Below are positions 39,963 to 50,776 of a DNA stretch of 64,000 bases, piece after piece. The first letter of the stretch is position 1, and each line of letters starts with the position of its first letter. The position numbers were made by a program, and so were the translations under genes. This DNA is from Candidatus Poribacteria bacterium (GTDB taxonomy: Bacteria; Poribacteria; WGA-4E; JAJDTR01): assembly GCA_965222225.1 (NCBI GenBank), contig CBDCTK010000002.1, positions 3,680,001 through 3,744,000 of the forward strand. Direction: 5' to 3'. The notes beneath the pieces were generated by a model, which saw nothing but the letters and a program-made list of their open reading frames with translations, made no database searches and was not told where the DNA came from.

Positions 39963-42806
39963 TTACAAGATAGTATCTATGACGCCTTGGAACTGTTGCT
40001 CAAGTACTTTCCTCTGGTGGTCCATCTCAGATTGGGACGAAATTTTTGTTTCGAGGAGTTGATCGTATCTTTCGACGTACTCCAACAAGGACTCCACTTC
40101 CTTGTCATAACAAACTACTGTCGAAAGCACCTTTTCCTTAATCAATGTGGGGAGTTCATCCGCTGTAATTTGGGTGAGTTCCCAGCGCCATAGCTTTTCA
40201 GAGATATAATTTTCGAATCGCTTCAAAACATCGCCCTTATAGCCCGCGTCCTGAAGGTTCTTCAATTCTTGAACCAGATCCAATGCGACATCAAACGTAG
40301 CCGCTGTATCACCGTTCTCTGAGGCAGAAGATGAAGTCTTTCTCAGATTCATCAAGAAACGACCCGTGGTGGAGATAGGCAACTGGTACTCAAGCAAGAA
40401 TGCTCTCAGATTTGGATAATCATCAACCGATTTGGCGTTTTCCAGCCATGTCTTCTCAATGGGCGGCAGTTCCTGTAAATCGAAGTTCATCACCTGATGC
40501 CGCCTAATTTGGTCTAGTTCGGAAGATTGGGAATCGATGCCTGCCTCAACCAGGATCGGAGCCGCATTTGTATACGGTGTGAGAAATTCGATAAGCTCAG
40601 CGACCTTTGGCTTCTCCTCCTCAATCCAACCCAGAGTTTCCGCCACGGACTCGGACAATGCTCCCTTAGCTTTAGCTTGTCCCTTTTTCTTACCGCTGTG
40701 ATTCTTTTGGGTTTTAGGGCTTGCAATCCGCAAAGCGCGTTTGTCTAAAGTTCGCTGATATTCTAAAAGCTCCTCCCGTAGCAAGCAGAACAGAGTATCC
40801 CCATGAATTTCCAATATTGAGGGCGTTGTCATCTCGCGTAGTCCCCGTCCACTCTTTGATAGAAGGGCACGATCGAGATTTCGTTTCAGACCGTTGAGGT
40901 CCTTCTCGTCACGTATGATGATTTGGCCGCTCAAAACCAAATCAATCAACCGTTTTGCTTCTAGCGGAATACTAAGATTAATGTCGCATAGAGGGCGGAA
41001 GTTCTGGATAATCTGTTCTCTAATTTTTCCATCTGTCAGTATCATCCATAACGTTGCATAATGTTGGTCAAGTGAACTCCGCTCCTTTGGTGAATTCAAA
41101 ATCCAGCGCTTAATGACAGGGAAGTTATCTTTGAGTCGATTAACGACGTGCCGGAATTCCTCATCCGGAATTTCAAATCCGCTGAATTGGATATCTTTTT
41201 CTCTTGACGCTCGGCGCAACCTACCGCTTGATGCCGATTGTTTCGGCATTATTAAGGGATCTACCAAAGGCTGAATAACGGTTTCAAACTGCTGACGGTA
41301 CCGACTCGCGAAGTTAGCGATTTGTAATAGTTCTAGCCAGAGGGTTCGTAGGCGCTCAATTTGCTTAGGATGCACCGAGGCATTCAGAGCGAAACGATGG
41401 AGGCGTTCACGTACTGTTTTCTTTGTCCATGAAGGCAAATGGACTTCGTCAACCAACTCCCCGTTCTCAAGTATAAAGGCTTCTATCGTATGAACATAAC
41501 CGGACTCTATGAAGTACCTCTCGAACAGAAGGTTGTAGAGTATGCCTGTCGCCCGGTCTAACACCTGATTCGCTAGTTTATATCCCGACAAAATGATGCT
41601 TTTGAGTGTAGTCTGACGCAAGTCGTAGATTTGCCATGACTCAATCATCGGGTCAATGATATTCCGGAGTTCATCCTGTTTTGCATCTGCTATTTCCGAA
41701 TCAAAATGTTCGTCGACGTATTCACCGAAGAATTTAGCAAACTCAAGCATCCGATTTCGTAGATCGTGATTGACAAGTTCATCCCAGACTTTATCATGAA
41801 CACGCTGCCCCGGTTGGAGAACAAAGGCTTGGAGTCGAGTCTCAATGCGTTGTTGAAACGCGGACATTAGTTGGAATGCTTGTTGACTTGCTTTTGACAC
41901 ATAGCCATCAATCATTGACGAACATTCGGTGATAGCTTCGTCTATCTGCTCGGATGTTCCGTCAAGGGCGATTGGGGCAAACTGGATAACATCCTGCTCC
42001 AGCGGGTCGTAGACTGCCGCTGTCGGCAAAATCTGGATCCTAGATGCATCTTCTGCCGATCTTAAAGGAGATATGCTTGATACAATGTCGTCTTGCTCGG
42101 AACCTCCGCGTAAATGCGCATCAAGCGTCAGACAGTAACGGATATCAACAAGATCGGGGTAACGTCGAGCGTGTGTGCGAAACACAACTAGGAGCGCATC
42201 GCAGTCGGTCGCGGCAATTGATTCGAACAATTCATCCTCGTTTAGATGTACCTGATGAATGTTCGTTTGTTCAGGGACAATGACTTTTGCCGTAGTTGAG
42301 GCCCCGTCGGCGGAATTTGTGAGGATGTAGCTTCCGGTTTTGGCAGAACTTGGTACTGCCAGCTCAACCTTCAAAACCTCTTGAGATAACTCGGACAACG
42401 TCAGCGACTTACCTAGGTGCTGAACCGTAATATCTGTCAGCACACCATCGGCGAAATCCACGACTTGGCGGGCATTACGTTCCAACTCCTGTACACTTTT
42501 CCGAACGCGCTCGTAATCGTCACTTGTCTCCGCAGCGATTTTTGCCTCGTCAACCCAAGATGCCCATGCTCCGGGGCGTCCCTTCATTTTTAGTCTGAGT
42601 TTGCCATCTTCGGAGTCGAAACCGGGAAGAATTTGCGATTCTGATGAATTCTTGGGCGTCCATACAAGTAGATATTTATCCGTTTTGGCGCCGAGTCCCA
42701 CGCCGAACGTATCTCCCCAATCCATCCGACATTCGACGCTTGATTTAATCTTGTCAGTTAAAGCGAAAAGTGAGTCAGAACGGAAATTAAGCGATAGGTC
42801 TTGCAT
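39963..42806 (-). CDS. Large hypothetical protein (947 aa, helix-rich C-terminal part)
   Basis: Long ORF with GGAGG upstream; no recognisable motif. Confidence 0.8.
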   Translation of the reverse strand: MQDLSLNFRSDSLFALTDKIKSSVECRMDWGDTFGVGLGAKTDKYLLVWTPKNSSESQILPGFDSEDGKLRLKMKGRPGAWASWVDEAKIAAETSDDYERVRKSVQELERNARQVVDFADGVLTDITVQHLGKSLTLSELSQEVLKVELAVPSSAKTGSYILTNSADGASTTAKVIVPEQTNIHQVHLNEDELFESIAATDCDALLVVFRTHARRYPDLVDIRYCLTLDAHLRGGSEQDDIVSSISPLRSAEDASRIQILPTAAVYDPLEQDVIQFAPIALDGTSEQIDEAITECSSMIDGYVSKASQQAFQLMSAFQQRIETRLQAFVLQPGQRVHDKVWDELVNHDLRNRMLEFAKFFGEYVDEHFDSEIADAKQDELRNIIDPMIESWQIYDLRQTTLKSIILSGYKLANQVLDRATGILYNLLFERYFIESGYVHTIEAFILENGELVDEVHLPSWTKKTVRERLHRFALNASVHPKQIERLRTLWLELLQIANFASRYRQQFETVIQPLVDPLIMPKQSASSGRLRRASREKDIQFSGFEIPDEEFRHVVNRLKDNFPVIKRWILNSPKERSSLDQHYATLWMILTDGKIREQIIQNFRPLCDINLSIPLEAKRLIDLVLSGQIIIRDEKDLNGLKRNLDRALLSKSGRGLREMTTPSILEIHGDTLFCLLREELLEYQRTLDKRALRIASPKTQKNHSGKKKGQAKAKGALSESVAETLGWIEEEKPKVAELIEFLTPYTNAAPILVEAGIDSQSSELDQIRRHQVMNFDLQELPPIEKTWLENAKSVDDYPNLRAFLLEYQLPISTTGRFLMNLRKTSSSASENGDTAATFDVALDLVQELKNLQDAGYKGDVLKRFENYISEKLWRWELTQITADELPTLIKEKVLSTVVCYDKEVESLLEYVERYDQLLETKISSQSEMDHQRKVLEQQFQGVIDTIL

Positions 42807-42963
42807 CTGGTTGAAGTAATTTCAGTCCTCCAGCATGACTGTGAACACTATGTTAGGTGTGAAGTCATAAAAAAAAGGCAATTCCTAACCCATATATTTG
42901 TGCAAACATGGGAGATCCTTGCCTGAGAAAAACCTACAAAGTAGACGTTTAATTGGGATTTTA

Positions 42964-43512
42964 TTAAGAATTAACGTTTAGCCCTTGTTGAGGAATATCA
43001 TTATTTGCCACTAACTTGTCACGATCAAATATGAAATCGCTACGCGAGCGTCCCAATATTTCACCTTCCTTCTGATTTTCCCTGAAGTATTGTGGTAGAG
43101 TAATGCCTGTCATCTGAATGGCATCTTCAGGGCAGGCCTCCACACAGTACCCACAAAAGATGCAACGCAACATATTGATTTCGAAAACGTCCGGATACTT
43201 CTCGCGCTGAAAGCCTTCCTTGGTTTTCCATCCCTCTGGAGCAGGAGCCGCCTTAATTGTAATGCAATCCGCAGGACAAGCCGTGGCGCACAGGAAGCAG
43301 GCAACACACTTGATATGTTCCTCTATATCGGTTGTAAGTTTATGGATGCCGCGATAGCGCTCATTTCGATCGCTGACGCCCCGCGAATCTTCCGGGTACT
43401 GATAGGTGAACTTCTTCTTCGGAATGTGTTTCAGAGTCGTAAGCATCCCTTTGACCAGCGCCGGAATATAGAGCCTGTCCCAAAACGACATTTCTTCATT
43501 AACTTTCTTCAT
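42964..43512 (-). CDS. nuoI: NADH-quinone oxidoreductase subunit I
   Basis: CVACFLCATACP and RCIFCGYCVEACP, YPE...RG.H. Confidence 0.92.
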   Translation of the reverse strand: MKKVNEEMSFWDRLYIPALVKGMLTTLKHIPKKKFTYQYPEDSRGVSDRNERYRGIHKLTTDIEEHIKCVACFLCATACPADCITIKAAPAPEGWKTKEGFQREKYPDVFEINMLRCIFCGYCVEACPEDAIQMTGITLPQYFRENQKEGEILGRSRSDFIFDRDKLVANNDIPQQGLNVNS

Positions 43513-43683
43513 AACAAACGATAATTACACCTTCCTTAAGAATAATTCCGCACATCCCTCCGAAAACTCACTCTCGTCAAGGGAATTTCATCTGTATTTT
43601 CGTAACACCCCGAAACCGTACGATAGTCGAATACGGTTTTCGCGCATATTGATAGTAACACGATTGTGTGTTTATGTCAAGTA

Positions 43684-43951
43684 TTACGTAACCCAAGTTG
43701 CCACCCAATCAGGTGGGTCGGCCTAGAAGGCCGACCCACCTGATTGGGAACATCGCACGTTGTGAGAAGTAAACGAAATCAAACTAATCAATGCTTGGCT
43801 TGCAGTGGATTGCAAAATCCACTGCAGCATGTACAAGTACGGCTTGGATATGTCTTCCAAGCCGAGCGGGAGCTGGCAACTAGAGCGCAATACAATACCC
43901 GCAAAGTGAAAATCTCACAACGTCCAATAGGTAGCAACTTAGGTTACGTAA
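43684..43951. mobile_element. MITE-like element with 18-bp imperfect terminal inverted repeats, carrying several hairpins
   Basis: ttacgtaacccaagttgc (43684-43701) versus gcaacttaggttacgtaa (43934-43951), 17/18; perfect 21-bp stem at 43704-43748. Confidence 0.6.
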
Positions 43952-43982
43952 CCAAACTCGCAAGGCTCCGATTCCGCAGTGG

Positions 43983-45476
43983 CTAAAGGCCTGTACTGTA
44001 ATTGGGCGCCTCTTCGGTAACCGCAATATCGTGAGGATGGCTTTCACGATAGCCGCTGCCCGTCATCCGGATGAACCGACTTTCCGTTCTCAACGCGTTG
44101 ATCGTCGGGGTACCGCAATATCCCATTGAGGCGCGGAGTCCGCCGACCAATTGATAAACAAATCCGCTCAATGCCCCTTTGTAAGGGACGCGCCCCTCTA
44201 TTCCTTCAGGCACCAGCTTTGAGGGAAGTTGGTCATCCTGGAAGTACCTTTCGCGTCCGCCGCGTTCTTTCATGGCGGCTAAAGATCCCATCGCTCGATA
44301 CGCTTTGAATGTTCGTCCTTGAAAAATAGCCGTTTCGCCCGGGCTTTCTTCCGTACCGGCGAACAGACTTCCTATCATCACTGAGCTTGCCCCCGCACCA
44401 ATGGCTTTGGCAATGTCTCCCGAGTACCGAATGCCCCCATCAGCGATAATTGGGACATCATATTTGTCCGCCTCGCGAGCACAATCATAAATCGCTGTAA
44501 TCTGGGGCACCCCGATTCCAGCGATTACGCGGGTCGTACAAATCGATCCCGGCCCCATACCGACCTTAATGGCATCCGCTCCGGCGTCAATCAGTTCGCG
44601 AGTGCCCTCGACGGTAACAACATTACCGACGATCACTTCAACGCTCGGAAAGCGTTCCTTAACCTGCCGTGTCATCTCAATGACACTTCTAGCTTGCCCG
44701 TGGGCTGTGTCTATGACCAGCACGTCGACTTCTGCCGCAACCAGTTGGTCGACCGCGTCTAAAGGTGATGATGGTGCAATGGCTGCACCGACCCTAAGTC
44801 TGCCGGATTCATCTTTGCATGCCGATGGATACTGTTGGACATTGTCAATATCCTTTATCGTAATCAGCCCGCACAACCGGAACTTCTCATCAACGATTGG
44901 GAGTTTCTCCTTGCGAATCTGATGAAGAATCTGCTTAGCCTTTTGAAGCGTGATACCCGGTGAGGCAGTGGTAAGCTCTTCGCTTGGCGTCATCAACTCC
45001 GTCACAGGAAGTTCGCGATCCTCCTCGTACTTGAGATCGCGGTTCGTAATCATGCCTACCAGATAACCTTCCACCGTTACGATTGGAACGCCACCGATAC
45101 GATAACGTGCTGTCAACTCCAGCGCGTCTCGAACAGTTTTGTCCGGGGTCAACGTAATCGGGTCAGAAATCATTCCACTTTCAGATCGCTTGACTTTGTC
45201 AACCTCATGCACCTGTTCTTCAATTGAGCAGTTGCGGTGGATAATCCCGATGCCCCCTTCTCGCGCAACTGCAATCGCAAGCTTCGCCTCTGTCACGGTA
45301 TCCATTGCGGCGCTGCAGATTGGTAAATTCAAACGGATTCCGCGAGTCAACCGCGTAGTCGTGTCAACTTCATCAGGTAGCACCTCTGACCTGGCAGGAA
45401 TCAATAGAACATCGTCAAATGTCAATCCTTCCTTCACAAATTTGGTGTTTGTTTCGCCAGCCAATTCCGTGCCCAT
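43983..45476 (-). CDS. guaB: IMP dehydrogenase
   Basis: [20 protein letters not shown] pair, [20 protein letters not shown]. Confidence 0.98.
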   Translation of the reverse strand: MGTELAGETNTKFVKEGLTFDDVLLIPARSEVLPDEVDTTTRLTRGIRLNLPICSAAMDTVTEAKLAIAVAREGGIGIIHRNCSIEEQVHEVDKVKRSESGMISDPITLTPDKTVRDALELTARYRIGGVPIVTVEGYLVGMITNRDLKYEEDRELPVTELMTPSEELTTASPGITLQKAKQILHQIRKEKLPIVDEKFRLCGLITIKDIDNVQQYPSACKDESGRLRVGAAIAPSSPLDAVDQLVAAEVDVLVIDTAHGQARSVIEMTRQVKERFPSVEVIVGNVVTVEGTRELIDAGADAIKVGMGPGSICTTRVIAGIGVPQITAIYDCAREADKYDVPIIADGGIRYSGDIAKAIGAGASSVMIGSLFAGTEESPGETAIFQGRTFKAYRAMGSLAAMKERGGRERYFQDDQLPSKLVPEGIEGRVPYKGALSGFVYQLVGGLRASMGYCGTPTINALRTESRFIRMTGSGYRESHPHDIAVTEEAPNYSTGL

Positions 45477-45631
45477 CGGGATTTCCTCCTTACAAAGTCA
45501 ACATGAGCAATTTGTGTAAAGTGGGGGCGGGTAAATCCGGTTGATTTGTAGACACAAGTCGGTTTACTATTGCTTTAATTTGAGATGAGTTGTCGTTTGG
45601 TAAACGCTATGTGGATTTACGAAATGAACCG

Positions 45632-45701
45632 ATCAATTGAGCGGATAGTGATGGATCAAGCGAAAGATTAGTGAGTGCGATAGAACCCCTATAGAAGCTC
45701 C
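45632..45701 (+). repeat. 35-nt mini-element, double nest (70 nt; inner 45655-45688)
   Basis: atcaattgagcggatagtgatgg[atcaagcgaaagattagtgagtgcgatagaaccc]ctatagaagctcc. Confidence 0.8.
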
Positions 45702-45761
45702 TATCGGTAAATCCATAAGGCGGTTTAAGAGGCAAGAACATCCAGTTGCTTCATTTGGAAT

Positions 45762-47010
45762 CGGAATTAGTAGCTTGTAGCTTTTAGACTGACGACAAAC
45801 ATAAAACTTGGTACCCTGTCGTAAATCTTTTCGTCACACGTAGATGTCCATAGTGACTATTCTTCTCGTAGGAGTTTGCTATGGACATTTTGAATCTTAT
45901 GAAAGAGTTTCCAAATCAAGAATCTTGTCTCAGATTTATAGAGGAAAAACGTTGGAAGGACGGTGTTTGCTGTATCCACTGTGGCAGTGAAAAAGTTGGA
46001 CGCAAGAACAAAAACGACATTACTACTGGTTGGAATTGCTACGATTGTGAATCTAGCTTTTCGGCTACAGCAGGAACCATCTTCCATGGTACCAAGATAC
46101 CTCTCCAGAAATGGTTTTTGGCTATCTCAATTCTTTCCAATGCCAAGAAAAGCATATCGAGTTGTCAGCTTGCTCGTGACTTGGACATGAATCAAAAGTC
46201 CGCTTGGTATATGGCAATGCGCCTCCGTGAGAAAATGAGTGATAGTGATGAATTGCTGAAAGGGATAGTTGAAGCGGACGAAACCTATGTCGGCGGCAAA
46301 CCCAGAGCAAAATCTAAGAGAGGTAGAGGCACAAATAAATCTCCCGTCATCGGCGTAGTCGAGAGAGGCGGTCGGGTGGTTGCTAAATTCATGAAGGTTC
46401 TATCTGGTGAAAATATCAGAGAATTCATCCTTAGCAATGTCTCACCCGATGAGTCTATTCTTATGACTGATGAATTTCGCTCTTACAATAGTCTGGACGA
46501 AGATATCGAAAGACATGTTATCCATCACCAAGAGAGATATGTTTCTGAGGACGGCGTAACTCACACCAACACCATCGAGTCGTTTTGGGCTTGTGTCAAG
46601 AGGTCATTCTACGGAACGCATCATCACTACAGCAAGAAGTGGCTGCCACTGTATATCATGGAGTCTTGCTGGAAATATAATCGCAGAAAAGATGATGAGA
46701 TTTTCATAAGATTTTTTGATGAATGCTTCACCTGAGCCACATGAATTGTTTGGCTATCGGTATATTCTGTCAACGACAACATCATGGTGTGCTGAAAATC
46801 CCATAGTGTTGGAAATTAAAATCCCGCAGATAACCCGCAATGCTCCCGCGAGCATGTACAAACGCTTGGTCAACATGATATGCCTCCATTTCTCTCTTAT
46901 AGAGATGTATTTTAGTGTGAATCAAGATTCCGAACACTGTCTAAAATGATTGTACATTAAGAAAAGAAAAGCAAGCAAATCAACCAAAAAGCAGTTAACT
47001 ACTAAGTCCC
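45762..47010 (+). mobile_element. IS1595-family insertion sequence
   Basis: Imperfect TIRs ggaattagtagcttgtagctttt (45763-45785) versus the reverse complement of 46987-47009 (17/23); 8-bp flanks tttggaat / tttagaat (7/8). Confidence 0.8.
45881..46735 (+). CDS. IS1595-family transposase
   Basis: Zn ribbon CIHCGS/CYDC, VEADETYVGG, MTDE, HTNTIESFW. Confidence 0.95.
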   Translation: MDILNLMKEFPNQESCLRFIEEKRWKDGVCCIHCGSEKVGRKNKNDITTGWNCYDCESSFSATAGTIFHGTKIPLQKWFLAISILSNAKKSISSCQLARDLDMNQKSAWYMAMRLREKMSDSDELLKGIVEADETYVGGKPRAKSKRGRGTNKSPVIGVVERGGRVVAKFMKVLSGENIREFILSNVSPDESILMTDEFRSYNSLDEDIERHVIHHQERYVSEDGVTHTNTIESFWACVKRSFYGTHHHYSKKWLPLYIMESCWKYNRRKDDEIFIRFFDECFT

Positions 47011-47264
47011 TTTAGAATAAAATATTATCACATCCTTGAGCCTATTGTCAAAGAAAAGGGGAGAATTTTGCGCTCGTTTAATGTCCATCGCCGGGCGATT
47101 TAGGCGAAATGAAAATGCCATTCCGGCCCTTCGCACCAATCGCAGTCCTTCCAAAATGTGGCGAGATATGGTATAATTCAACCGTGGTGCGGAGCTTTGC
47201 GGGGTCTCCCGCCAAGGAAAAGCTTCTTTGTGTCAATTTAAACAATTAACGTGAACTAACCACA

Positions 47265-47360
47265 GTAGTAGGCATACTCCGTATGCCGTAACGGTTGTGC
47301 TTATTACGACACGGCGGAGGGATCTCTGTCGCTATCCGTTCCTTTGATCGTGCCTACTAC
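47265..47360. repeat. Inverted REP pair (GTAGTAGGCA...) left of the RAYT; the right REP is interrupted by a 29-nt mini-element variant (47320-47348, minus strand)
   Basis: gtagtaggcatactccgtatgccgt ... acacggcggag[ggatctctgtcgctatccgttcctttgat]cgtgcctactac. Confidence 0.85.
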
Positions 47361-47371
47361 CCCTTAGTAAC

Positions 47372-48017
47372 ATGTTCAAACTCTTCGATTCTAACAGTGA
47401 CTTCCAAATTACAGAAGGTTCAAATCTGCCACATTGGTTTCAACCGCAAGCAACCTACTTTATTACCTTTCGCACTGAGGATTCACCCCCTGGGCATATA
47501 GTTCGACGGTGGTACGCCAAACGATCGGTTTGGCTTGCACAACACGGAATTTCCATTTCAATGCCAGATTGGAAAGACAAACTTGCAGAACTTCCAGAAG
47601 GATTGCGCAAAAATTTTCATCATACGTTTTCACGGCAATATTATGGAATACCTAGACAATGGTCTGGGAAGATGCGATCTGAAACGACCAAGACTATCAA
47701 AGATTGTAGCGGACAGTTTGTTATACTTTAATGGCGATCGGTACCAAATAGGTGACTTTGTGATAATGCCCAACCATGTTCACTTGCTGGTTTGTTTGCT
47801 AGGCGATACAGATCTCCTGAAGCAATGCCGCTCGTGGAAAAAGTTCAGTGCAGGCAAGATTAATAAACTGCTTGAGCGATCCGGCCGATTTTGGCAGGAA
47901 GAAAGTTTCGATCACCTCGTCCGATCGTCTGAACAGTTCTGCGCAATCCAACAATATATAATGAAAAACCCAAGCTATCTCTCGAATGGCGAGTATTTTT
48001 TGTATCAGTTAAAGTAG
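47372..48017 (+). pseudogene. REP-associated tyrosine transposase (RAYT/TnpA-REP, Y1 HUH), frameshifted near 47641
   Basis: LPHW...YFITFR in ORF 47372; VIMPNHVHLL, FWQEESFDHLVR and YI..NP in ORF 47535; REPs on both sides. Confidence 0.88.
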
Positions 48018-48117
48018 TAGGCACACGCCGTGTGCCGTAACCATCGTACCTATAACGGCGTGGTGGAACGAGCCTACTACTGTTGCTTTGTTACGGCATA
48101 CGGAATATGTCTACTTC
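48014..48117. repeat. REP cluster right of the RAYT (three GTAGTAGGC-type units)
   Basis: gtagtaggcacacgccgtgtgccgt; acggcgtggtggaacgagcctactac; acggcatacggaatatgtctacttc. Confidence 0.85.
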
Positions 48118-48122
48118 TATTT

Positions 48123-48884
48123 ATGATTACGACTTCTGAACTCACCAAGAGATTCGGCAAACTCGCCGCCGTGGAGCGCTTGACGATGGAAATTGAATCG
48201 GGCGAACTTTTCGGATTCCTCGGCCCGAACGGAGCGGGAAAGACCACGACGATAAACATGCTCACCGGCTTGATTCAGCCAACCTCCGGAGTAGCGACAA
48301 TTTGCGGCTATGATGTTCAAGCTCAGTCTTTGCAGGCAAAAGCAATGACCGGGCTAATGCCGGATACGCCGCAGTTATACGAGACCTTAACCGGCAGGCA
48401 GTTTGTTCGTTTAATCGCGGATATCTATGAGGTCCCTCCAAAGCAATCCGAGGAACGCATGGAGAGCATGCTCAACATGCTAGACTTGAGAGACGCAGGC
48501 GACGATCTCATCAAGAGCTATTCGTACGGGATGCAAAAGAAGATCCTTTTGGTAGCGGTGCTGGTGCATACACCCCGTGTTCTCTTTTTGGACGAACCCA
48601 CAAGCGGTCTTGACCCCAAGAGCGCCCGCATAGTTAAGGAGATGCTACGTGAACAATGCGACCTCGGTTGCACGGTGTTCATGACAACACACATCCTCGA
48701 AATCGCCGAGCGAATCTGTGATCGAATCGGCATTATCAATAAAGGCAGATTGGTTGCTGTTGGAACCATGAGTGAATTACGCAAACACAGTGCTGCATCT
48801 GACCTAAGTCTCGAAGACATTTTTCTCGGCCTCACTGACGATGCTGAATATAACAAGATTGGGAAAGGAGACGGGGTATCATAG
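48123..48884 (+). CDS. ABC transporter ATP-binding protein
   Basis: GPNGAGKTT, YSYGM, LFLDEPT, TTH. Confidence 0.95.
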   Translation: MITTSELTKRFGKLAAVERLTMEIESGELFGFLGPNGAGKTTTINMLTGLIQPTSGVATICGYDVQAQSLQAKAMTGLMPDTPQLYETLTGRQFVRLIADIYEVPPKQSEERMESMLNMLDLRDAGDDLIKSYSYGMQKKILLVAVLVHTPRVLFLDEPTSGLDPKSARIVKEMLREQCDLGCTVFMTTHILEIAERICDRIGIINKGRLVAVGTMSELRKHSAASDLSLEDIFLGLTDDAEYNKIGKGDGVS

Positions 48885-48999
48885 TTCCCTTCGTGTCGAT
48901 TGGTTTGAACGGGCACAACTTAAATTGGGGGAATTACGCTTCCAGTCGGTCAAGAATAGGGTTTCTATATCCCGCTTCCTTTTAAGCTAAAACTAAAGA

Positions 49000-50616
49000 A
49001 TGCCCGAGTCCCACTTGCTCCAAAATCCCGGCACACACACCTTCAGAATCCTGTTAAGCGCTAGCTGGCAGAGCTGGTTGAACGGCATTCGCTATCGTGC
49101 GGAAGTCAAACGCAAGCGCCTGATCGAAGTGGTCGGATTTGCGATATTTGTTACAGCATTGTACTTGATGGGGCACGCTATTCTGAGTCAACTGAGCCGT
49201 CCCAATCTCTCAGTGGTATTGAGAGTTATCAATGCATTCATGGCACTTGGCGCTTTTGTCCTGGCAAAAGATGCCATGGAAAAGACACTACGATTTCTGT
49301 ATGAAGCCCCGGAAACCTCTCTGCTATTGTCGCTCCCGTTGTCGCCTTTAACCGTATTTGGATGCAAGCTGACGGAGTTGATTGTCGCCAATCTATTCAG
49401 TATGGTCGTCTGGTTGATTCCGCCGTGGATTGCGTTTGGACAGTTTTTCCATCTGCCATGGCATTTCTATCTTGCCCTCGTTCCAGTGTGTTTTTGTTTG
49501 CACATCATCATAGTTAGTCAGGTCACAATAGGAATGATGATTATCACCCGTTTTTTTTCGTCCAACGGCATAATCAGGATTCTTAAGATTACTGGTGTGT
49601 TGATAGGGGTGTCAGCCGGGTTTCTGCTGTCTACAAGTTTTCTGGCATTGGATCGAGCCGATCAAATCACACGGTTCCTCCTCAACCAATTCCATACTCC
49701 TGCTTCAAGCTGGTATCCCCATGTTTGGGCTGCAAACCTATTGACGGGTTGGCTCCCTGATGCCGACCTTGAACTTTGGCGGTGGGGTGGACCACTTCTG
49801 GGCGGAAGTGTCGGCTTACCGGTTCTCGCGGCGCTGTTGGCTTCAAAGATTTATGTAAGAAGCTGGGAATGTGCCAAACATGTGGAAGTGATTCCCAAGC
49901 GGAAGGCTAATAAATCGGCGCGGCTCTCCCCCTTGGGCAGAGGAAGGCTTCGTTCGATGATGGCGAAGGATTTCTTGGTCTTTGCCAAGCATCGGGGCTG
50001 GTTGACCATGATAATAATGCTAACGCTAATCCTTCTGGTAACGTTGGTCTTTTTAACTTACGATTTGCGGCAAAGCAATCTCCTCCATCAAAGTTTCAAC
50101 GCCCCGTTATCAAGGCTTGGAACCCAAGCGATGCTTTACAGTGCCATGATGACGCTTGGGCTCACGTGGGCTGGATTTAAAAATGAAGGGAAAACATGGT
50201 GGTTGTTGAAGTCAACTCCAACCTCCCCTAGCTTACTCTTTCATAGTAGGCTCCTTGTTGCTGCCTCCTGTGCTACAATCTATGCAAATTCTTGGATGCT
50301 TTTAGGATTAATCTTTTTTGAAGCCCCATTAGGTTACTGGTTGCCGACTCTGGCTGTAACGACCTTGGTTACAACTACCGCCGCTGCATTCAACACTGCC
50401 CTCGGATTGTTGCCTTGGGTCGCGGAGACTGGAACGGCAAACGGTGCTGTAACAAGAAAGCCAATTCTGCGTATAGCCACCATGACAGGAGGAATCATCG
50501 TCAACGTAACGGTTGTCGTCATGTCGGAAACGACTACTAAGTTCGTACTCCTGGCACTCGTTTGGGTGGTTTCATATTTCGCTGGAAGAGGCATTTTGAA
50601 AAGGGTGTTGGCTTAG
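49000..50616 (+). CDS. Putative ABC exporter permease
   Basis: Multi-TM, LLSLPLS, EGKTWWLLKSTP; follows the ABC ATPase. Confidence 0.75.
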   Translation: MPESHLLQNPGTHTFRILLSASWQSWLNGIRYRAEVKRKRLIEVVGFAIFVTALYLMGHAILSQLSRPNLSVVLRVINAFMALGAFVLAKDAMEKTLRFLYEAPETSLLLSLPLSPLTVFGCKLTELIVANLFSMVVWLIPPWIAFGQFFHLPWHFYLALVPVCFCLHIIIVSQVTIGMMIITRFFSSNGIIRILKITGVLIGVSAGFLLSTSFLALDRADQITRFLLNQFHTPASSWYPHVWAANLLTGWLPDADLELWRWGGPLLGGSVGLPVLAALLASKIYVRSWECAKHVEVIPKRKANKSARLSPLGRGRLRSMMAKDFLVFAKHRGWLTMIIMLTLILLVTLVFLTYDLRQSNLLHQSFNAPLSRLGTQAMLYSAMMTLGLTWAGFKNEGKTWWLLKSTPTSPSLLFHSRLLVAASCATIYANSWMLLGLIFFEAPLGYWLPTLAVTTLVTTTAAAFNTALGLLPWVAETGTANGAVTRKPILRIATMTGGIIVNVTVVVMSETTTKFVLLALVWVVSYFAGRGILKRVLA

Positions 50617-50776
50617 ATTGGCAGCGCCGGCGCCATTGAAAGCTAGTCTGTCAAGATTAAAGCGTCGCCTTGGCACGGTTACACACCTCATCAACACACA
50701 GCTTTATTGCTTGTAAGGCGAATTTGAGAGCTTCCTGACTTGAACGACGTTAATACAGCTCCGTCTTGGAGGTCGT

